Source: the human T2T-CHM13v2.0 reference genome, Homo sapiens
NCBI RefSeq assembly: GCF_009914755.1
Contig: NC_060937.1
DNA: 64,000 bases
Direction: 5' to 3' (one strand)
Shown here: in pieces, positions 63,912-64,000 of the stretch
How positions within the stretch are numbered: the stretch's first letter is position 1
Layout: the number at the start of each line of letters is the position of its first letter
Position numbers and translations under genes: made by a program
The notes under the pieces: generated by a model
What the model was told of the DNA's origin: nothing
Databases searched by the model: none
The model's input: only the letters and a program-made list of their open reading frames with translations

Positions 63912-64000
63912 AGCTAGGTGTGGTAGCTCACACCTGTAATCCCAGCACTTTGGGAGGCTGAGGTGGGAGGATTGCTTGAGGCCAGGAGTTTGATACTAGC
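63912..64000 (+). mobile_element. Alu 5' end, cut off by the window edge
   Basis: gctcacacctgtaatcccagcactttgggaggctgagg. Confidence 0.9.

Overview
Primate, almost certainly human, genomic DNA rich in Alu, L1, LTR and DNA-transposon remnants. The gene content matches distal 13q34; that locus and the gene names are recalled from translated exons, not searched. Two spliced + strand genes are present. CFAP97D2 (KIAA1430/CFAP97-domain family) has exons at 6586-6666, 10983-11101, 22572-22761 and a terminal exon from 33158. CDC16 (APC/C subunit 6) has its CpG-island promoter and coding exons 1-12 at 46144-61734, with a MADE1-derived miR-548 hairpin in intron 8. Five minisatellites (39, 32, 57, 57 and 27 bp units) account for most of the longest ORFs in the track; the rest are mainly L1 or Alu fragments or chance. 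I found no convincing new multi-gene system. Best leads: (1) an apparent 1-nt frameshift in CFAP97D2 exon 4 that leaves the family-conserved C-terminal motif in an unused frame; (2) a local inverted duplication whose inner arms are about 98% identical while the outer arms are clearly more diverged, with a (CCCTAA)n filler at its junction; (3) a twin-primed L1PA and a possible short L1 3' transduction. Repeat boundaries and subfamily names are by-eye estimates.
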